DNA from: Moorena sp. SIO3H5
Lineage (GTDB): Bacteria; Cyanobacteriota; Cyanobacteriia; Cyanobacteriales; Coleofasciculaceae
Direction: 5' to 3'
Assembly (NCBI RefSeq): GCF_010692395.1
Contig: NZ_JAAHHS010000122.1
Span: 1-18,964, forward strand
Length of the DNA: 18,964 nucleotides
Shown here: positions 13,796-18,964 of the stretch, in pieces
How positions within the stretch are numbered: position 1 is the stretch's first letter
How the letters are laid out: every line of letters starts with the position of its first letter
The notes under the pieces: generated by a model
Told to the model about the DNA's origin: nothing
Seen by the model: the letters and a program-made list of their open reading frames with translations, nothing else
Databases searched by the model: none
Program-made: the position numbers and the translations under genes

Positions 13796-16216
13796 ATGTC
13801 TAGTTTGTTACGAGCTGTTCTCCAAAGTAACGAGAAAGCTGATTTGCGTCAGTTTATCAGCCAACTGCGATCTGAACAAGAGCGGTACTTTCTAAGGAAT
13901 CAGATTCTGCAAGCGTTTGATAATTACTGCACTACTCATGACAAGCCTGCTTATTTTAAAAGAACTTCCTCTATCGCCGAACTACTGAACTATACCCACG
14001 AAATTATTCTGGAAGAGAAAAACCTTTGGCTTCTTCTGCGGACAAGGGTTGCTTCTCAAGAAATCTATCGGCTGGCAGCGGATTTGAGCAGTTTTGAACC
14101 AATGCCAGTGGAGGAGTTACTAAGCTTACGCGATCGCTGGGTTAAGCGCTACTTCCCAGAAAAAGGGGGTCTGCTAGAAATTGATGTTGGTCCGTTTTAC
14201 AAAAATACTCCTACAATTCGTGACCCAAGAAAGATTGGCAATGGGCTGGAGTTTCTTAACCGTTACCTATCTAGCCAATTATTTGCTGATTCTGAGCAAT
14301 GGCTAGAAGAGCTGTTGAAAAACTTACGAGCACACCACTACGACCAGACACAATTACTGCTCAACAACCGAATTGACTCAACTACCCAACTATTTGACAA
14401 GCTTAAGGAAGCACTAAAATTAGTCGGGGATCTACCAGCTCACACCCCCTATGAAAAGTTTCGCTTCGAGCTTCAAGTTCTCGGTTTTGAAGCAGGTTGG
14501 GGTAACACTGCTGGTCGAGTGCGCGAAACCCTAGAACTCCTTGAGCGGTTAATGGACGCTCCTGATCATGCAGTCCTCGAAGCCTTTATTTCTCGTATTC
14601 CCCTAATCTTTCGGGTTGTTCTGGTTTCCGTTCATGGCTGGGTTGGTCAAGAGGGAGTCTTGGGTCTTCCCGAAACCGCTGGTCAAGTGGCATACGTCAT
14701 CGACCAAGCCAGTAGCCTAGAAGAAACAATCCAAAACAATATTAAACTCTCAGGTCTTGACGTTCTGGGCGTCGAACCAAAGGTGATCGTTCTGACTCGC
14801 CTAATTCCCAACTGTGAAGGTACCCAGTGCAATCTACGCCTAGAAAAAATCCAAGGCACCAGCAACGGTTGGATTTTGCGGGTTCCTTTCCAGGAATTTA
14901 ACCCAAACGTCACCGACAACTGGATTTCCAAATTTGAGATCTGGCCCTATCTCGAATCGTTTTCCTTAGATGCAGAAAAAGCGCTGCTAGAAGAATTCCA
15001 GGGTAGTCCAGACTTAATTGTCGGAAACTATTCCGATGGGAGTTTAGTTGCGTTTCTGCTGGCGAGACGCCTAAACGCTATCCATGGCAGTATTGCTCAC
15101 ACCATGGAAAAGCCTAAATATCTGTTTAGTGACCTCTACTGGAAAGACTTTGAGTCCCAATACAACTTCTCCATACAATTCACCGCTGATTTAATTGCGA
15201 TGAATTCAGCGGATTTCATTCTGACCAGTACCTATGAGGAGCTTGTGGGAACACCAAACAGTGTAGGCTACTACGAGTCTTACAAATCTTTCAGTATGCC
15301 CGAACTGTATCATGTGGTGAATGGGATTGAGTTATTCAGCCCCAAATTTAATGTGGTACCACCAGGGGTCAACGAAAAGATTTTCTTTCCCTACACTCAG
15401 ACATCAGACCGGATTGACGACGACAGTGAACGGGTTAAAGACTTGCTGTTGACCAAGGAAGACCCGGAAATTATCGGCTATCTCAACAGTCCTAACCAGC
15501 GCCCGATTCTCAGCATTGCGCCCCTCACCTCAATTAAGAATCTGAGTGGCTTAGTGGAATGCTTTGCCAGTTCAAAAGAACTTCAGGAAAAGTGCAACCT
15601 AATTTTAATCACTAGCCATGTCAGAGTTGAGGACGCCACTGATCCAGAAGAGAAAGGGGAAATCGAGAAGCTCAACCAGCTAATTAACCAATTCCATCTT
15701 CAGGGCAAAATTCGATGGATTGGACTACGTCTGACCACCCCCGATATCGGTGAATCCTACCGAGTGATTGCTGATTTGGGAGGAATTTTAGTCCATCCTG
15801 CTCGCTTTGAAGCCTTTGGTCTCACCGTTTTAGAAGCCATGATCTCCGGTTTACCAACATTTGCCACTCAATTTGGTGGACCATCAGAGATTATTCAAAA
15901 CGGCGATAATGGGTTTCTCATTAATCCCACAGACTTGAAAGAGACTGCGGAAAAAATCCAGCAATTTATTTCAAAGTGCGAACACACCCCTGACTACTGG
16001 CAGAAAATTTCTCAAGCAGGTATCAAGCGAGTTCGGGATAAATACAATTGGCAGTTGCATAGCAAGCAGCTGCTCTCACTCGCCAAAATTTACGGATTCT
16101 GGAGTGAAACCTCTAAAGAAAGCCGAGAAGCTCTACTGCGCTACTTAGAAGCTTTGTTCTATCTGATTTACAAACCTAGAGCGACAAACTTACTAGCCAA
16201 GCATAGCTCGCGTTAA
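13796..16216 (+). CDS. Sucrose synthase homologue (GT4 family, 806 aa)
   Basis: The length and collinear motifs fit sucrose synthase: GWGNTAGRVRETLELL, VLVSVHGWVGQEGVLGLPETAGQVAYVIDQA, IAHTMEKPKY, QFTADLIAMNSADFILTSTYEE, KFNVVPPG and the E-x7-E motif PARFEAFGLTVLEAM. Confidence 0.9.
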   Translation: MSSLLRAVLQSNEKADLRQFISQLRSEQERYFLRNQILQAFDNYCTTHDKPAYFKRTSSIAELLNYTHEIILEEKNLWLLLRTRVASQEIYRLAADLSSFEPMPVEELLSLRDRWVKRYFPEKGGLLEIDVGPFYKNTPTIRDPRKIGNGLEFLNRYLSSQLFADSEQWLEELLKNLRAHHYDQTQLLLNNRIDSTTQLFDKLKEALKLVGDLPAHTPYEKFRFELQVLGFEAGWGNTAGRVRETLELLERLMDAPDHAVLEAFISRIPLIFRVVLVSVHGWVGQEGVLGLPETAGQVAYVIDQASSLEETIQNNIKLSGLDVLGVEPKVIVLTRLIPNCEGTQCNLRLEKIQGTSNGWILRVPFQEFNPNVTDNWISKFEIWPYLESFSLDAEKALLEEFQGSPDLIVGNYSDGSLVAFLLARRLNAIHGSIAHTMEKPKYLFSDLYWKDFESQYNFSIQFTADLIAMNSADFILTSTYEELVGTPNSVGYYESYKSFSMPELYHVVNGIELFSPKFNVVPPGVNEKIFFPYTQTSDRIDDDSERVKDLLLTKEDPEIIGYLNSPNQRPILSIAPLTSIKNLSGLVECFASSKELQEKCNLILITSHVRVEDATDPEEKGEIEKLNQLINQFHLQGKIRWIGLRLTTPDIGESYRVIADLGGILVHPARFEAFGLTVLEAMISGLPTFATQFGGPSEIIQNGDNGFLINPTDLKETAEKIQQFISKCEHTPDYWQKISQAGIKRVRDKYNWQLHSKQLLSLAKIYGFWSETSKESREALLRYLEALFYLIYKPRATNLLAKHSSR

Positions 16217-16761
16217 TCAGAGATTATGGGCTATAAAAAAGTGAGTAGGGGGAGCAGAAAGCATCACAACTGAATGGTTGAGCTGACTGTTTCTAAAGTA
16301 ATGCTTAAAAGCATTTAAATTCTACTGATTTTAAGCTAATAAGAACTCACTCTTAGTTAATTCCCTCGTAATTTCCGGTGAATCTGGAATTTGCTAGCTA
16401 AGATGCACCGCAATGGACATTAGTCCGCTCGTTGTAATGGTTACGACACCTACGAATGACCGCCAGCTCGTAGCCCTGTCGCTAGTAGTTAAAGTGAGGG
16501 AAAAATGTGCTGCTAGCCCAACCAGCCTTTACAACATTCCCGTTCGCGGAAGCGGAACTAAGTCCGACAAACGTTACTCCTAATCGGAGTTGTAGAAAAC
16601 TAATGCAACGATGGAGGCTGATTCTAGAAATTACTCGTTATAGAAATTACTAGTTATTAAGCTTCCTATCGTTAACTGACCTCAACTGATTCTTCCATGT
16701 CGGCTACCAACAGCTAACCAAAGATTTGTTGATATGTCAGTTAATGCGGAAATCGCATAAA

Positions 16762-16781
16762 AATTAGTGAATTCACTAATT
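16762..16781. other. Perfect 20-bp palindrome aattagtgaattcactaatt in an ORF-free spacer
   Basis: Read directly from the sequence. It is preceded by the small hairpin atgcg/gaaat/cgcat (16744-16758). Confidence 0.8.
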
Positions 16782-17053
16782 ATGGGCAATCTGCCTGAGC
16801 CAATAACTATTTCAATTAATTGCTAGTAGCCTTCCCTTGACAGCAGGGGTTTAGATTGTCGGGTATGGGGTATGGGGAAAATATGGTGTTAGTGATCCCA
16901 GTTTTAAGGGTGGCGTTGTGCCATCTTCTGTTCACAGCCCCATTACCCCTATTTCCCACTCCCTAAACCCTAGACCCGTTTGCTTCACAAGCGCAGGGAA
17001 GCGTTTGACCTCACTCAAGGAATCACCCACCACAGCAACACTAACGACTAACT

Positions 17054-18964
17054 ATGGATGCCAAAGTATCGTCCCCATCTAGCTCTAACCACATCTACAC
17101 CGACTGGACAGTAACTGAGACCAAGTTTGATCCGACTCAATTGCACTACAAGGAAACCGTTTTTACCATTGGCAATGGTTACCTCAGTACCCGAGGTAGC
17201 TTTGAGGAAGGGTATCACGCTGCATGGCCAATGACATTGATTAATGGTGTCTACGACGATGTGCCAGTTGTCTATACTGAACTGGCTAATTGTCCTGATT
17301 GGCTACCTATAGTGATAGTTGTAGAAGGTGAACGCTTTCGTCTTGATCAAGGCGAGATCTTGCACTACGAACGTCAACTTGACCTGCGTCGAGGCAAGCT
17401 AACTCGTGATGTGCGTTGGCGTACTCCTGGTGGTAAAACTATCGATATCCATATCGAGCGTTTTGCCAGTATGGCTGATGACCATTTATTAGCCCTTCGC
17501 TGTCAAATCACTCCGGTGGATTTCGATGGGACAATCGAAATTCAAGCCAGCATCAATGGTTACCCAGATAACCAAGGGGTGCTCCACTGGGAATGGTTGA
17601 AACAGGGTCAGATTTCAACTGGAACTAACCAGACATCCGAAGGAAATATCTGGTTACACGTTCGCACCCGTCATACTGCGATCGAACTGGGTATGGCTTC
17701 GAGAGTCAGTGTAAGTGGTGTTGATGATGCTGAAATACAGCTAAAGGGCTGTGAAGGTCACCCCACCTTAGCCACTACCTTACAAGTGCGCTCAGGCCAG
17801 CTGGTCACCCTGGATAAAGTAATTAGTGTGTTCACATCCCGGGACACCGAAACCCCAGAAAAGGTAGCCCAGGAACACCTGGTCAACCAACCTGATTATC
17901 TAACCCTATTCTCTCGACATGAGGCAGCTTGGGATAAGATTTGGCAAGATAGCGATGTTGTCATTGAAGGGGACCTCAACGCTCAGATTGCTATACGCTA
18001 CAATTTGTTCCAACTGTTCATTTGTGCTCCCCGTCATGATGACCGGGTGAATATTCCCGCTAAAACCCTTTCTGGTTTTGGCTATCGGGGTCACGTTTTC
18101 TGGGACACAGAAATTTTTATACTGCCGCTGATGATCTTGACTCAGCCCCAGATCGCGAAGAATTTGCTGACCTACCGTTACCATACTTTACCTGGGGCAA
18201 GGCGTAAAGCTAAGCTTCAAGGTTATCCGGGAGCCGTTTACGCCTGGGAAAGTGCTGCAACCGGTGACGAAGTAACCCCTCGCTGGGTTCTCTCTGCTGA
18301 GAAAGATGGAGACCCAGTCCGAATTTGGTGTGGCGATCGCGAACTCCACATCACTACTGATGTAGTCTATGGTATCTGGAAATATTGGCAAGCTACCGGT
18401 GATGATGACTGGGTGCTACGCTATGGTGCTGAGATTATCCTAGATACAGCTGTATTCTGGGGAACTCGGGTTGAGTGGAATGGTAAACGGGAGCGCTATG
18501 AACTCCGGGATGTGATTGGTCCCGACGAATACCATGAAGGGATAGACAACAATGCCTTCACCAACCGCATGGTTCAATGGCACCTAGAGACTGCTCAGTT
18601 TGTCCTAGACTGGTTGCGCCGGGAACATCCACAGAAAGCTAAAGAACTCGAAGAAACACTGGAGCTAACCCCAAGCCGAGTTAGTCTGTGGTCTGAAATT
18701 ATCCGTCGGATGTGGATACCCTATGACCATGAAAAGAACTTAATCGAACAGTGTGAGGGGTTCTTCCAAATTGAAGACATCAACCTGGAAGATTATGAGC
18801 CACGTACCCGTTCCATGCAGGCTATCCTTGGCATTGAAGGAGCAACTAAAAAGCAAGTACTCAAGCAGCCAGATGTCTTGATGTTACTATACCTGATGCG
18901 GGAGCAGTACGGCGTAACCTCTGATCCCGAGAAATACCGGGAAATTTTGCAACGAAGTTGGGAC
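17054..18964 (+). CDS. Glycoside hydrolase family 65 protein (maltose/trehalose/kojibiose phosphorylase-like), 5' partial, running off the window end
   Basis: I translated the frame by hand from ATG 17054 and it stays open for 637 codons to 18964. It is absent from the ORF track because it has no stop codon in the window. Supporting motifs are ETVFTIGNGYLSTRGSFEEGY, SGFGYRGHVFWDTEIFILP and VIGPDEYHEGIDNNAFTN (the general-acid Glu region). Confidence 0.9.
   Translation, partial: MDAKVSSPSSSNHIYTDWTVTETKFDPTQLHYKETVFTIGNGYLSTRGSFEEGYHAAWPMTLINGVYDDVPVVYTELANCPDWLPIVIVVEGERFRLDQGEILHYERQLDLRRGKLTRDVRWRTPGGKTIDIHIERFASMADDHLLALRCQITPVDFDGTIEIQASINGYPDNQGVLHWEWLKQGQISTGTNQTSEGNIWLHVRTRHTAIELGMASRVSVSGVDDAEIQLKGCEGHPTLATTLQVRSGQLVTLDKVISVFTSRDTETPEKVAQEHLVNQPDYLTLFSRHEAAWDKIWQDSDVVIEGDLNAQIAIRYNLFQLFICAPRHDDRVNIPAKTLSGFGYRGHVFWDTEIFILPLMILTQPQIAKNLLTYRYHTLPGARRKAKLQGYPGAVYAWESAATGDEVTPRWVLSAEKDGDPVRIWCGDRELHITTDVVYGIWKYWQATGDDDWVLRYGAEIILDTAVFWGTRVEWNGKRERYELRDVIGPDEYHEGIDNNAFTNRMVQWHLETAQFVLDWLRREHPQKAKELEETLELTPSRVSLWSEIIRRMWIPYDHEKNLIEQCEGFFQIEDINLEDYEPRTRSMQAILGIEGATKKQVLKQPDVLMLLYLMREQYGVTSDPEKYREILQRSWD

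Noticed and set aside
10919-14931. Minus-strand ORFs 10919..11131, 11798..11989, 12819..13004 and 14683..14931
   Set aside because: All are antisense to the GDE-like or sucrose synthase frames, which carry clear family motifs.
16300-16315. AT-rich hairpin aatgct/taaa/agcatt downstream of sucrose synthase, considered as an intrinsic terminator
   Set aside because: The 6-bp AT-rich stem lacks a clear U-tract (it is followed by taaattc). It is too weak to call a terminator with any confidence.
17906-18391. Minus-strand ORFs 17906..18184 and 18188..18391
   Set aside because: They lie antisense inside the open GH65 frame, which has strong family motifs. They show no motifs of their own.

Overview
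This window reads as chromosomal DNA of a filamentous cyanobacterium. Supporting signs are at least seven copies of the HIP1 octamer GCGATCGC, several heptanucleotide STRR-type arrays, and PEP-CTERM, GUN4, Rpn/DUF4351, Uma2 and sucrose synthase genes. Left part (81-4093): an NLR-like STAND NTPase with an NB-ARC domain and nine near-identical 42-aa TPR units. Its 156-aa helical N-terminal module is cut off by one in-frame TAG (549-551). A PD-(D/E)xK Rpn-family nuclease gene follows 68 bp downstream. This locus is the best candidate for an undescribed immunity or cell-death-type system, but it could equally be a freshly inactivated gene or a sequencing error. Middle part (4094-10364): a structured repeat element, a PEP-CTERM secreted protein, a GUN4-domain protein, an orphan Dpp/Opp-type ABC ATPase, small antitoxin-like ORFs, DUF433, a Uma2 endonuclease and an M61 peptidase. 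Right part (10947-end): a carbohydrate cluster of an amylo-alpha-1,6-glucosidase (GDE-like), a sucrose synthase homologue with unusual substitutions in motifs I recall as conserved, and a 5' partial GH65 phosphorylase that is missing from the ORF track. These genes are separated by long, highly structured ORF-free spacers. One spacer (16217-17053) contains a segment that resembles a decayed tmRNA from memory. No rRNA, tRNA, CRISPR array or clear transposon was recognised. All homology calls rest on motif recognition by eye, with no searches run.
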